This document shows positions 1 to 11,400 of a stretch of DNA of 64,000 nucleotides, piece by piece; the first letter of the stretch is position 1, and the number at the start of each line of letters is the position of its first letter. The notes beneath the pieces were generated by a model. The model had not been told where the DNA came from. It made no database searches and saw nothing but the letters and a program-made list of their open reading frames with translations. Origin of the DNA: an uncultured delta proteobacterium (GTDB lineage Bacteria > Desulfobacterota > Binatia > UBA9968). Location: assembly GCA_963804165.1 (NCBI GenBank), contig CAWDPO010000043.1, positions 128,001 through 192,000 on the forward strand. Direction: 5' to 3'. The translations under genes and the position numbers were made by a program.

Positions 1-309
1 ACTCGCATTGAACTGAAGATATCGCATGATGAATTATCCGAGATGGTCGGAACAACTCGGCCGCGGGTCAGTTTGTTTATGCAGCGGTTTCGTAACCTCG
101 GGTTGATTGAGACCAACCTGGATCGCTTTCTCGTCATCAATGAAAAGAAACTCGCCGATTACTGGCTCGGATCCATAGCTCCCGGGCAGCCTCCCGGGTC
201 TCTTAGCGATTCTTTTCAACCCCGTTCAGTTATTAGACAGAAGGCTCGCTTCCAAGTCAGCCGGCAAGTTAAATCGAATCAATCGGGAGGTAACTTACTA
301 TGGGACTGA
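1..309 (+). CDS. CRP/FNR family transcriptional regulator, C-terminal HTH (5' truncated by window edge)
   Basis: Frame 1 reads TRIELKISHDELSEMVGTTRPRVSLFMQRFRNLGLI, a typical Crp HTH. The true stop may be near 178 if there is an indel. Confidence 0.8.
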   Translation, partial: TRIELKISHDELSEMVGTTRPRVSLFMQRFRNLGLIETNLDRFLVINEKKLADYWLGSIAPGQPPGSLSDSFQPRSVIRQKARFQVSRQVKSNQSGGNLLWD

Positions 310-449
310 TATTGTTGATTGTGTTAATTGTGCTCCTGTTTGGTGGTCTGCCCAACTGGGGTTATCACTCGTATGGTTACGGTCCATCGGGCATCGTCGG
401 GACGATACTAATTATCGTCCTGATTCTGTTCCTGTTGGGCCGAATCTAA
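300..449 (+). CDS. DUF3309-type small membrane protein (49 aa, not in ORF track)
   Basis: GGAGG RBS at 286-290; MGLILLIVLIVLLFGGLPNWGYHSYGYGPSGIVGTILIIVLILFLLGRI*. Confidence 0.85.
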   Translation: MGLILLIVLIVLLFGGLPNWGYHSYGYGPSGIVGTILIIVLILFLLGRI

Positions 450-698
450 CGGCGCTGAGCGCCCAGCGCAGTGAACGGTAATCACGAAAACAGCTTCCTT
501 GTTGTTAGGCAGCAAACATGAGCGGCGATACGAAGATCAAGAGCATGGGAGCCATTCCTCACACGGGCGGAGTTGGGGGACCATCTCCTTGGGCAAGGAG
601 TAGACTATCGTTAGTTTTGCGGCAATTAACCAAGTCTCCTCTTGGACAAAGACATTAACTCGTCGGAAAATAACTCGGTTAAAAAGGGAACCCACCGT

Positions 699-1601
699 AT
701 GAGACAGCTAAAAAGGATTATTGTGGGTCATGATCTGGAAGTCGGCGGAGACGTAGCCCTGCGATCGGCAGTAGTGCTTGCTAATCGGTGTGGCAGCGCG
801 CTTCGGCTGGTGCATGTGGTAGAACCGCTCCACTCCTATCAGAGGCTCTCGCATCCCCTCACTTCTCCCTACACTCTAGAAGAGATCTCACAGAAAACCG
901 GAGTAAGACTGCAGGCGTTAGTGGCAACCCCGGAGCTCGCCCGCCTGCACGTCGAATACGAGGTGCGCAGGGGCAAACGATTTGTTGAACTCATCATTGC
1001 CGCAAGGGCGTGGCAAGCGGACCTGATAGTCGTCGGGGGTTCGTCTCAGACAGACGAACCCATTCTCGGCGGTACAAGTGAGCGGATACTGCGCAAGGCC
1101 CTAGTCCCCGTAATGGTGGCAAAGAAGCCGCTGAGTGCCGAAGCGAAAATCTTTTTGGTCCCAACGGATTTTTCCTCTTCCGCGAGAGAAGCCGCCGAGG
1201 AGACGATCATGCTTGCAAAGTGCTTCGGCGGCCGCGTCATTTTCCTTCACGTTTTGGACTTGTATCCTTCATATACGATTGCATATGCCCATGAGTTGGG
1301 TGTCTCCGTGCCGATTTCACCGCCTGCGCCCGAAGAGATTGAACCTGATTGGGAAGCTTTCCTCTCCGGTTTGCCGTTGGAGAAAGTCGATTGGGAAAAA
1401 AATACTGAAGAAGGTCAAGCAGCCAGTACCATTGTGCATCGAGCGGAGCACATGCAAGCGGATATGATCGTGATCGGCACGCACGGTAGAAGCGGCTTGC
1501 CCCATATGCTCCTAGGCAGCGTGGCCGAAAAGGTGGTGCGTACGGCATCCTGCCCTGTCCTCACCATCAGACCGGAGGCGTTTCAATTTGAACTGCCGTG
1601 A
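699..1601 (+). CDS. Universal stress protein, tandem USP domains
   Basis: Two USP domains; GTHGRSGLPHMLLGSVAEKVVRTASCPVL motif; ATG at 699 preferred over the TTG at 642. Confidence 0.92.
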   Translation: MRQLKRIIVGHDLEVGGDVALRSAVVLANRCGSALRLVHVVEPLHSYQRLSHPLTSPYTLEEISQKTGVRLQALVATPELARLHVEYEVRRGKRFVELIIAARAWQADLIVVGGSSQTDEPILGGTSERILRKALVPVMVAKKPLSAEAKIFLVPTDFSSSAREAAEETIMLAKCFGGRVIFLHVLDLYPSYTIAYAHELGVSVPISPPAPEEIEPDWEAFLSGLPLEKVDWEKNTEEGQAASTIVHRAEHMQADMIVIGTHGRSGLPHMLLGSVAEKVVRTASCPVLTIRPEAFQFELP

Positions 1602-1719
1602 CGAAGTAGAACCCTACTATGTGCGAGAACCGCGTGTTTATTCGTCGGGAATGGCTACCTCTGAGGCCGGGGTTGATAATTTCATTCGTTAGCTGGATTC
1701 ATCGATGAAGGAGTAACTT

Positions 1720-2106
1720 ATGAAAAGCGCAGCGGGCTTGTGGATCGATCACGGCAAGGCTGTGATCGTAATTGTCTCAGACGACGGAGAAGAATCGAAA
1801 CAAATAGAATCAGGCATGGAGAAGCATGTGCGATTTTCCGGCGGTTCTAGATCGGAACAAGGCGGGGGGGAAGACCAACGGGATCGCCAATATACCGGCC
1901 ATCTCAACAGATATTATGATGAGGTGATCGCGCACCTTCGCGACGCAGAGTCCATCCTGCTCTTTGGTCCCGGTGAGGCAAAGGGAGAGCTGGAAAAACG
2001 TCTCGCGAATAAAGGCATTGGTGGACGCATTGTCGGTATCGAAACAGTTGACAAGATGACCGATCGCCAGATTGCGGCAAAAGTTCGACAGCACTTTCGA
2101 AAATAA
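1720..2106 (+). CDS. Stand-alone aeRF1/baeRF middle-domain-like protein (host-attachment/translational machinery fold)
   Basis: AGGAG RBS; GLWIDHGKAVI ... YYDEVIAHLRDAESILLFGPGEAKGEL ... IETVDKMTDRQI pattern; no GGQ. Confidence 0.65.
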   Translation: MKSAAGLWIDHGKAVIVIVSDDGEESKQIESGMEKHVRFSGGSRSEQGGGEDQRDRQYTGHLNRYYDEVIAHLRDAESILLFGPGEAKGELEKRLANKGIGGRIVGIETVDKMTDRQIAAKVRQHFRK

Positions 2107-2489
2107 GCTTGCCAGTTCAAGAATAGGCATGAACCAAACTCCCTTCGGCCTTCTGGTCGAATACGATGGATTCCCTCTTCACGCCACACTTTCCACTGGT
2201 CACTGCAGCGCGCTGACCTTTTTACAATGATCGAATGAGGATCTTCTCGGGCGCTGGAAAAGAGCTCTATAACTCAGCTGAGTCGAAGCCAGTTGTCTCG
2301 TCACTCGCAACGCTAGCTCGTCCGATAAAGGCGTACTGCAAGGGCCCAGGGTCTCTAGCTGGAACTGCCATGCTTGAGTCAGGCATTCACTTGTAATGCT
2401 GTCGCTGAACTTGATAGCTATGCCCCTACGAATCGCTTATATCGAATGGTAAAGATCGAGCGAAGAAAAAAGAAGACGAATAGGACGAT

Positions 2490-3456
2490 ATGCCCGAACA
2501 CTTGAAAAAATCAAAAGTTCCACCGCCGCCAGATCCCTATCATCGTCGCGAACCACTGCCTGAGCAGCGACCAAAGTCGATTGAAGAGGATCCGGATGCA
2601 CAGGAGCGAATCAAAACCATCCTGGAAAGCCCGAGTTATCAGCAGGCTGATGAGGATTTAGATTTTCTCAACCGCTATGATGTGCGCGGCGTACGCCTCC
2701 AGGTCGATTACCTCAAGGCAGAACTCTTGCTTCAACAGCACTCCATCCGACACACGATCGTTGTCTTCGGAGGAACGCGAATTCGAGAGCCCGTGGCCGT
2801 TCAGCGACAAGTCGAAGCGCTACGCGCAGCCCAAGCGGCCGACCCTGCGAATACGGATGTGGCACATCGGCTTGAAATTGCGCAGCGCCTCCTTGCTAAG
2901 AGTCATTATTATGATGTGGCTCGCGAGTTCGGGCGCCTCGTCGGAAACAGCGGGCCGGGCTCCCATAGGCACGATCTGGTGATCATGACCGGCGGCGGTC
3001 CGGGGATCATGGAGGCCGCCAACCGCGGGGCCTATGATGTCGGAGCCAAATCCATCGGTCTGAACATCCGTCTTCCCCGTGAACAAGTATCCGAATCCTT
3101 ACATCACGCCCGAGCTATGCTTCCGCTTTCATTATTTCGCCTTGCGAAAGCTTCATTTCCTACTGCGCGCCAAAGCGTTGGTCGCCTTTCCAGGCGGCTA
3201 TGGCACTCTCGATGAAATGTTTGAAACCCTCACGTTAGTGCAGACCCGCACAATCAAGCCTGTTCCTGTGGTCTTGGTGGGTGAGCGCTACTGGCGTCAG
3301 GCATTCAACGTAGACTTTCTGGTCGATGAAGGTGTCATTGATCCGGAGGATCGGGAATTGTTCTGGTTCGCCGAAACGGCACAGGAGATCTGGGACGGCA
3401 TCCAGCATTGGCACAGGGTCAACGGCGGGTCCTTAGAAACGGCGTCTTCGGAATGA
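2490..3456 (+). CDS. LOG family (TIGR00730-type) nucleotide phosphoribohydrolase, one frameshift near 3080
   Basis: [16 protein letters not shown] in ORF 2490-3215 and [10 protein letters not shown] in ORF 3079-3456. Confidence 0.9.
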
Positions 3457-3735
3457 GATTCGTCTGATTTAAAGCGACGCGATCTGCCCTTGAGATGACA
3501 ATTTCATGACCAACACTTAACAGAGGTTCCTCTCGGCGTTTGCAATCACCGGTTATCATGACGGTGATTTTGCGGTTCATTCCGCTTGGCGCAATTTTTG
3601 GGTTTAGACCGCCGCCGTGTTCGTTCCTTCTACTCATTGCGGTGTTGTAGTGGGGAATATTATCGCAGCGGAAATGGCGAAGACCTTCTCTACAGGAAGG
3701 GGAAGTTTGAAGAAACTAAAGAGGACAAATTCTTT

Positions 3736-5236
3736 ATGACAAATACGCAAGACAAACAACACCGCGCTATCCTAAAAAGGATCGCCCGTCGGGCGATGCT
3801 TGAAAGGGGGCTTCTTCCCGAATTCTCGCTCCAAGCACGGGGCGAGCTCGACGGAATTCGCGGACCTGCAACGCGAGCTGAAGAATCGACGCATGATCTC
3901 CGAAACCTTATCTGGTGCTCCATAGATAACGATGATTCGCGCGATCTGGACCAGCTTACCGTTGCCGAAGCCATGCCGGGGGGACCGCAAAGATCCTTGT
4001 CGCCATTGCCGATGTGGATGCTGTCGTCAAGAAGCAGTCGGCACTTGACGATCATGCCAGGCAAAACACGACCTCGGTATACACGGCTGCCGAGATATTT
4101 CCGATGCTGCCGGAGAAACTCTCGACCGATCTTACCTCGCTCAACTATGAATCAGACCGCCTCGCCATCGTCATTGAAATGGTCATCGGTGAGGACGGAA
4201 TGCTGCAGGCTTCGGATATCTACACAGCGATGGTCCGAAATCGTGCAAAGCTCGCCTATAACGGTGTGGCTAGCTGGCTGGAAGGTAGTGGCCAGTGCCG
4301 CACGTTGTCGGTAAGGTCGACGGTCTCGACGAAAACCTCCGGCTTCAGGACCGCGTGGCGCAAAAACTGAAGGCTCTCCGGCACGCGCATGCAGCGCTGA
4401 ATCTCGAAACCATCGAAGCGCGCCCTGTGTTTGACGGCGATGAGATCAAGGACTTAGAAGCCGAGAGAAAGAACAGAGCTAAAGAGATTATTGAGGACTT
4501 CATGATATCGGCAAACGGTGTTACCGCACGATACCTCGCCTCCAAGATGTTTCCGTCGCTGCGGCGCGTAGTGCACACACCCAAACGCTGGGACCGGATC
4601 ATCGAGCTCGCCTCGGACCAAGGCTTCACGTTACCCCAGAAGCCCGACTCAAAGGCCCTGGAGCAATTTCTCATATCGGCGAAAGCCGCTGATCCTCTCC
4701 GCTTTCCCGATCTTTCCCTCAGTGTCATCAAGCTGATGGGCGCCGGTGAATACGTCGTCGAACTACCCGGAAGCAGTGCCGCCGGACACTTCGGTCTCGC
4801 GGTCAGAGATTATGCTCATTCCACAGCGCCGAATCGGCGATATCCCGATCTGATCACCCAGCGGTTGCTGAAAGCAGCGATCGCGGGAAGTTCACTGCCC
4901 TATGAGAACGATGAATTGCAGGTGCTAGCAAAGCATTGCACCGAAGAGGAAGACGCAGCGAAAAAAGTCGAACGACAGGTGAGAAAATCTGCGGCAGCAA
5001 TGCTGCTGGAATCACGGATCGGCGAGAGGTTCGATGGCATCGTTACGGGCGCTTCTGACAAAGGCACTTGGGTTCGTCTTCTGCATCCGCCCATCGAAGG
5101 AAAACTTGTGAACGGTTATGAAGGTATGGGCGTCGTGGAGCACGATGTTCAACTTCGACTCCATCAAGACGGCGATGAACTGACGGGAGGTTCGTCAAGA
5201 CAGACAATAACGCTGCTCAGAGCAAACGCTGTGTAG
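3736..5236 (+). CDS. RNB-domain ribonuclease (short RNase II family), frameshifted near 3985 and 4295
   Basis: SIDNDDSRDLDQ catalytic loop; IIEDFMISAN; HFGLAVRDYAHSTAPNRRYPDLITQR. Confidence 0.88.
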
Positions 5237-5312
5237 GGATTTTTGGCCGAATGGTTTTTCGCTCACGGGTTTGTTAGGTGAGACTGAGCCGTGCGTGTGC
5301 TTTTCCATGTTA

Positions 5313-5327
5313 CGGAACCGCGCTTGC
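5313..5327 (+). promoter_or_regulatory. Possible sigma-54 promoter upstream of the glucan synthase
   Basis: CGGAACCGCGCTTGC = GG-N10-GC with TTGC, but GGAA instead of GGCA. Confidence 0.4.
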
Positions 5328-5441
5328 CTGTTAGTAATGTTTGTGCAGCATTACCTGATCGTGAATGTTCCTCACGACTGCTGAACTTGATAACCTGCGT
5401 ATGCGCCGGACCCGCGCCATGACGACCGTGAGGTATGTGGA

Positions 5442-8400
5442 TTGAAATCGTTATTTTCTCAGAACCTATTACGTAAAAACCATTCAGAGGCCATCGCACT
5501 TTCGCAGCTCGAAGAGCCGATTCGGGCTGAACTTTTCAGCGCGAGCGTCTCGAGCAGCACGGCGAAAGCCTTGCTGCGGCTCAGCGCGTCACAACGACAC
5601 CGCGCAAAGGGCGGCCGTTATTGCCGCGCGTGCATCGACAACGGCCGAGTGCTGCTAGAATCATATCGTGCCATCGCCCAGGCGATTCGGCAGGAGTACG
5701 CCATCACACCTGCAGCGGAATGGCTAGTCGACAATTATCACATCGTCGACGAACAGCTGCGCGAGATCCAGGACGACTTGCCACCCGGCTATTATCGGGA
5801 ACTGCCTAAGCTGGCCGAGGGTCCACTCGAGCGGTATCCGCGCGTCTACGGACTGGCCTGGGCATTTGTCGCCCATACCGACAGCCGGTTTGACCCGGAA
5901 ATGCTGCGTCGGTTCGTGCGCTCATACCAACGTGTGCAGCCGCTGACGATCGGCGAGCTCTGGGCGGTAGCCATCACCGTGCGTGTGGTGCTCGTCGAGA
6001 ATCTCCGGCGCCTGGCCCAGCACATCGTGCATGAACGTGCCGCGCGCCAAGAGGCCGACGCCGTAGCCGACCGCCTGCTCGGTCTCAGCGGCCGTCCCAT
6101 CAAGTCTGCGGCGACGGATGCTGCGGCAATTCGAGGGCGGCCCGCTGGCGCCGGCTTTTGCCGTACAGCTTGTTCAGCGGCTGCGCGATCAGGACCCGGT
6201 GATCACGCCGGCGCTCCAGTTGGCTCGAGCAACAGCTAGAGGGTCAGGGCACAACGTCTGATGAGATTGTCCGGGTCGAGCATCAGCGGCAGGCGGCGAT
6301 GAACGTGACCGTGCGCAACGTGATTACCAGCATGCGCCTGATTTCCGCCTTCGATTGGTCGGAATTCTTTGAGAGCGTGAGTCTTGTCGACGCCATACTT
6401 TGGACCGACACGGACTTTGCCGCTCCGGATTTCCGACACGAGATCGTTACCGCCGCGCCATCGAAGAACTCTCTCGCTGCTCACCGCACGATGAGCGGGA
6501 AGTTGCCCGGCGGGCGGTTTCTCACGCGAAAAGCTTTCGCGACAAAGTGCAAGAAGGAACTGACCCAAGCGCGGACCGCCGCGGCGATCCCGGCTATTAT
6601 CTCATCTCGAAAGGGCGTGCGCATCTTCGAGCCCGAACTCAGCTTTCGCGTTCCCCTCAGGAGCCTGGCTTAGTCGCCTCTTTGTGGCTCACGCGGCGTC
6701 ACGCTACCTTGGAACCATCGCGCTTGTCACTGGCCTCTTCCTCACTTTGTTCCTGTTCACTTCCGGCGCAGCGGAAGTTGGGTGGAGTAGGTCTGGTGCT
6801 ACTCGGGCTTCTCGCTCTCATCCCGGCCTCGGAACTGGTGATCGCAATGGTGAATCGCGAAGTCATGGAAATCCTCGGGCCACGGGCGATGCCCCGGCTT
6901 GCGCTCCGTGACGGAGTGCCGGCGGATTTGCGGACGTTGGTAGTCGTGCCGACTCTCCTGACCGGTCCCGCCCAGATTGCGGAGCAGATCGAGCAGCTCG
7001 AAGTGCACTACCTGGCGAATCCCGATGGCGATCTTCGTTTCGCGCTCCTTTCCGACTGGATAGACGCCCCCCAGGAAACCATGCCGGGAGACGACGAACT
7101 GCTGGCTGCGACGGTTGCGGGGATCGCGCAGCTGAACCGAAGCCATGGACTCGCCCCGGATGGGGGCGAGCGATTTTTTCTCTTCCACCGCCGGCGCGGC
7201 TGGAACGAGAGCGAGCAAAAGTGGATCGGCTGGGAACGCAAACGCGGAAAGCTCCATGAACTGAATCGTGTGTTGCGTGGCGCCACAGACACGACCTTCG
7301 TACCAACGGGCGGTGGAGCACCTATCGCGCCTTCTGGTGTCCGCTACGTCATCACACTGGATGCCGACACGCGGTTGCCACGGGGGGCCGCTTGCCGATT
7401 GGTGGGCACGATGGCGCATCCCCTTCACCGGCCTCGGTTTGACCCTCGCATCGGCCGAGTCGTTGAGGGCTACGCATTGCTTCAACCGCGCGTCACACCG
7501 ACCCTCCCGACCGATCGTGAGGGTTCTCTTTTCCAGAGGATCTCCTCGGGGCCGGCTGGCATCGACCCGTACGCCTCTGCCGTCTCCGACGTCTATCAGG
7601 ATCTTTTCGGCGAAGGTTCTTACATCGGCAAAGGCATTTATGATGTCGATGCATTCGAAGCCGCGCTCGCCGAAAGGGTGCCGGAGAATGCCTTATTAAG
7701 TCATGATCTTTTTGAAGGGATCTTTGCGCGGGCGGGACTGGTCACCGATATCGAGTTCTTCGAGGAGTTTCCCGCGCACTACGAGGTTGCCGTGGTGCGC
7801 CAGCATCGCTGGGCGCGCGGTGATTGGCAGTTGCTGCCGTGGATCATAGGGCACGCACCGGACATGGGGCGCGGTCCGGCCCGATGCCACGATTCCGCTG
7901 ATCGGCCGCTGGAAAATGCTCGATAACCTCAGGCGCACGCTGTCTGCCCCGGCTGCCTTTTTGGCCTTGATGGCCGGTTGGACGCTGCCGCTCCCTTCGC
8001 CTGTGATCTGGACGATGTTCGTCCTCGCAACCATCGCCGTTCCGCCGCTTATGCCCGTCCTCTTGACTGGGCTGATCCCGTATCGCCGCGGGATTTCAAA
8101 ACGCAGCCATGCGCGGGCGGTCGCCACGGATCTGGTGCTTGCCGCCTCGCATGTCGCACTCACGGTCACATTACTTGCCGACCAGGCATGGTTGATGACC
8201 GACGCGATCGTCCGGACTCTGTCACGCGTCTATGTGACACGCAGAAAGCTCCTTGAGTGGGTGACGGCAGCGCAGGCGAAGGCCGGTTTTGATCTCAGGC
8301 TTAGCAGCTTCTATCGCCGCATGGGCGGCACGGTAGTCATCGCTGCCGCGGTAGCGATCCTTGTTGCGTCCCAGCCGCCGGAAGTCCGGTGGATTGCGGT

Positions 8401-11400
8401 GCTGTTCGCTATTCTCTGGGCTCTATCGCCGATGGTGGCTTATTGGATCAGCCTGCCACCGCGCGCGGCTGCGGCTCAGCCTCTCTCGGCGGACGACGTT
8501 CGTATGCTGCGCTTAACCGCGCGGCGCACTTGGCGGTTCTTCGAAACCTTTGTCGGCCCGGAAGACCACGCGCTTCCTCCCGACAATTTTCAGGAAACGC
8601 CGACACCGGTCGTGGCCCATCGCACCTCGCCGACCAACATCGGGCTATATCTGCTCTCCATCATCGCGGCGCGCGATTTCGGCTGGATCGGCACGGTGAG
8701 CGCACTTGAGCGGCTCGAATCGACGCTCGGCACCATGAACAGCCTCGAGCGTTTCCGCGGTCACTTCTATAACTGGTATGATACGCGTGACCTCCGTCCG
8801 CTTGATCCTAAATACATATCCTCGGTCGATAGTGGAAACCTCGCCGGCCACCTCATCGCATTTGGACAGGCGTGCCAAGAGATCATCGACCGCCCGCTGC
8901 TCGGCCCGCATACACTCGCTGGAATCGCCGATGCCATCCTGCTTCTCCGTCAAGCGGTACGTGCGGTCGTCGACGACCGGCGCACCCAAACGGTCACGCG
9001 GAAACAGTTGGATGAAGCAATCGATGCCTTGAGCGCCGCTCTGAGTCCGGCCGCTATGACTCCAGCTGATTGGCTCGTGCGCCTTACTGAGCTCGAGGCG
9101 CGCGCTCAGACGATGTCAGATATTGCGCGCACGCTGACTGCGGAACGGGGCGACAGCGCGGAGGGGGAGTTGGTCGCCTGGGCCGAGGCTGTGCGAGCGG
9201 CCATCGAAAGTCATGGGCGCGATCTCGACGCGGTAATGCCCTGGGCGCGCCTTGTCTTTGGCAAGGCTCCCCTAAATCGCAAGCCCGAAGAAGATTTGGT
9301 TTCGACAACGATGGTGCGCGTTTTTCTCTCGGTCCCGACCCTGGCCGATGCGCCGGACCGCTGCGAAACCGCCAGACGCGAACTCACGACGCTCCGCGAA
9401 CGGGCGGCAAAGGACAGCGCTGCGAAGAGCGATGCTCTTGCGCGAAATCGATGCGCTCATAGAGGGTCTCGCACGTTCTGCCACAGCCTGTGAAGCGCTG
9501 GGCCGCCGCCTTTCAACGCTCGTAGCGCACACGAAAACGATGTTCGACACGATGGATTTCGGCTTTCTCTTCGACCCCACCCGCAAGCTATTCTCGATCG
9601 GCTACCGCGTTGCCGATAACAGCCTCGACCCAAGTTGTTACGATCTGCTGGCGTCCGAGGCGCGGCTCACAAGCTTTATTGCCATTGCGAAGGGGGACGT
9701 TCCGGCAAGCCATTGGTTTCACCTCGGTCGCGCTTTGACGCCAGTCGATACGGGGTCTGCGCTGGTCTCCTGGTCCGGGTCGATGTTCGAGTACCTCATG
9801 CCCGTGCTCGTCATGCGCTCGCCGTCGGGCAGTCTGTTAGGTCAGACTTGTTCTCTCATCGTTCGCCGTCAGCGAAAATATGGAACCGAACGCGGCGTTC
9901 CGTGGGGCGTTTCAGAATCGGCCTATAACGCGCGCGATATTGAGCTGACCTACCAGTACTCAAATTTTGGCGTGCCCGGGCTGGGGCTCAAACGGGGGCT
10001 TAGCGAAGACGTGGTAGTCGCGCCTTACGCGACGGCGCTGGCCGCAATGATTGACGCCGAGGCGGCCGTTCAGAATTTCATAGATCTCGCCCAGGCCGGC
10101 GCGAGCGGCCCATATGGCTTTTATGAGGCGCTCGATTACACGGCCGAACGAGTCCCGGAAGACCAACGCGTGGCCGTCGTGCGCGCCTACATGGCGCATC
10201 ATCAAGGGATGTCGCTCGTGGCGCTCGCAAACGTCCTCCACGATGGGGTGATGCGCACGCGCTTTCACGCCGAGCCGCGCATGCAAGCCACCGAGTTGTT
10301 GCTGCAGGAACGCACTCCACGCGACGTCTTGGTCACCCGGCCCAGGGTTGACGAGGTGCGGGCCGTCGCCAACGTCCGCGATCTCGTTCCACCGGTGCTT
10401 CGTCACTTCGACTCGCCGCACGACGCGACTCCCTGCGTCCATCTCCTCTCCAACGGACGATATTCGGTGATGGTCACTACCGCGGGCTCCGGTTACAGCC
10501 ACTGGCGCGACCTTGCGGTTACACGCTGGCGCGAGGACCGGACGCGCGACAGCTGGGGGACGTATTTTTTTCTGCGCGACAGATCCAGCAGCCAGGTCTG
10601 GTCGGCTGGATACCAGCCAAGCGGCGTCGAACCGGATACCTATGAAGTCGCTTTTTCCGAAGATCGCGCAGAGATCCGCAGGCGCGATGGCGCGATCGTG
10701 ACCAACCTTGAAATCGTGGTTTCGCCGGAGCACGACGCGGAAGTACGCCGGCTGTCGATCACGAATCTCGGCGCGCCAAGCCGAGAAATCGAGCTGACAT
10801 CGTACGCCGAGATCGTTCTGGCAACCCCGGCAGCGGATGCGGCTCATCCGGCTTTTTCCAATCTGTTCGTGCAGACGGAATACGTTGCCGAGCTCGGCGC
10901 ACTGCTCGCGACGCGCCGGCCACGAACCCACGGCGAGCCCCAGTTCTGGGCGGTGCACGTGGTTGTTGCCGAAGGAGTAACCGTCGGCGAGATGGAATAT
11001 GAGACCGATCGCGGCCGGTTTCTCGGCCGCGGTCGCGGCATCCGCACGCCCATGTCGGTCATCGACGGCCACCCGCTCTCCAACACGGTCGGCGCGGTGC
11101 TCGACCCGATTATGAGTCTCAGGCGCTGTGTACGGCTTGCGCCGGGAGCCACCGCGCGGGTTACGTTCTCGACACTCATCGCGTCATCGCGCGACGAGGC
11201 GCTCGCCCTGGCGGACGAATACAATAATCCAGCAACCTTTGAGCGCGCCGCGACCTTGGCGTGGACGCAGGCCCAGGTCCAGTTGCGTCATCTCGGGATC
11301 GACGCCGATGAGGCCTACCTCTTCCAAGAATTAGCCGGCCTCATCTTGTACTCGGACGCGACGCTGCGACCGTCATCTGCGGTGCTCATGGGCAATAAGC

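Noticed and set aside
450-3735. FNR/CRP boxes in the spacers near the CRP/FNR gene
   Set aside because: Only half-sites (e.g. TTGAT at 1673) were seen; no full TTGAT-N4-ATCAA or TGTGA-N6-TCACA noticed by eye.
9960-11072. 370-aa minus-strand ORF and similar long antisense ORFs
   Set aside because: Shadow frames of GC-rich coding sequence (glucan synthase) with no recognisable motifs.
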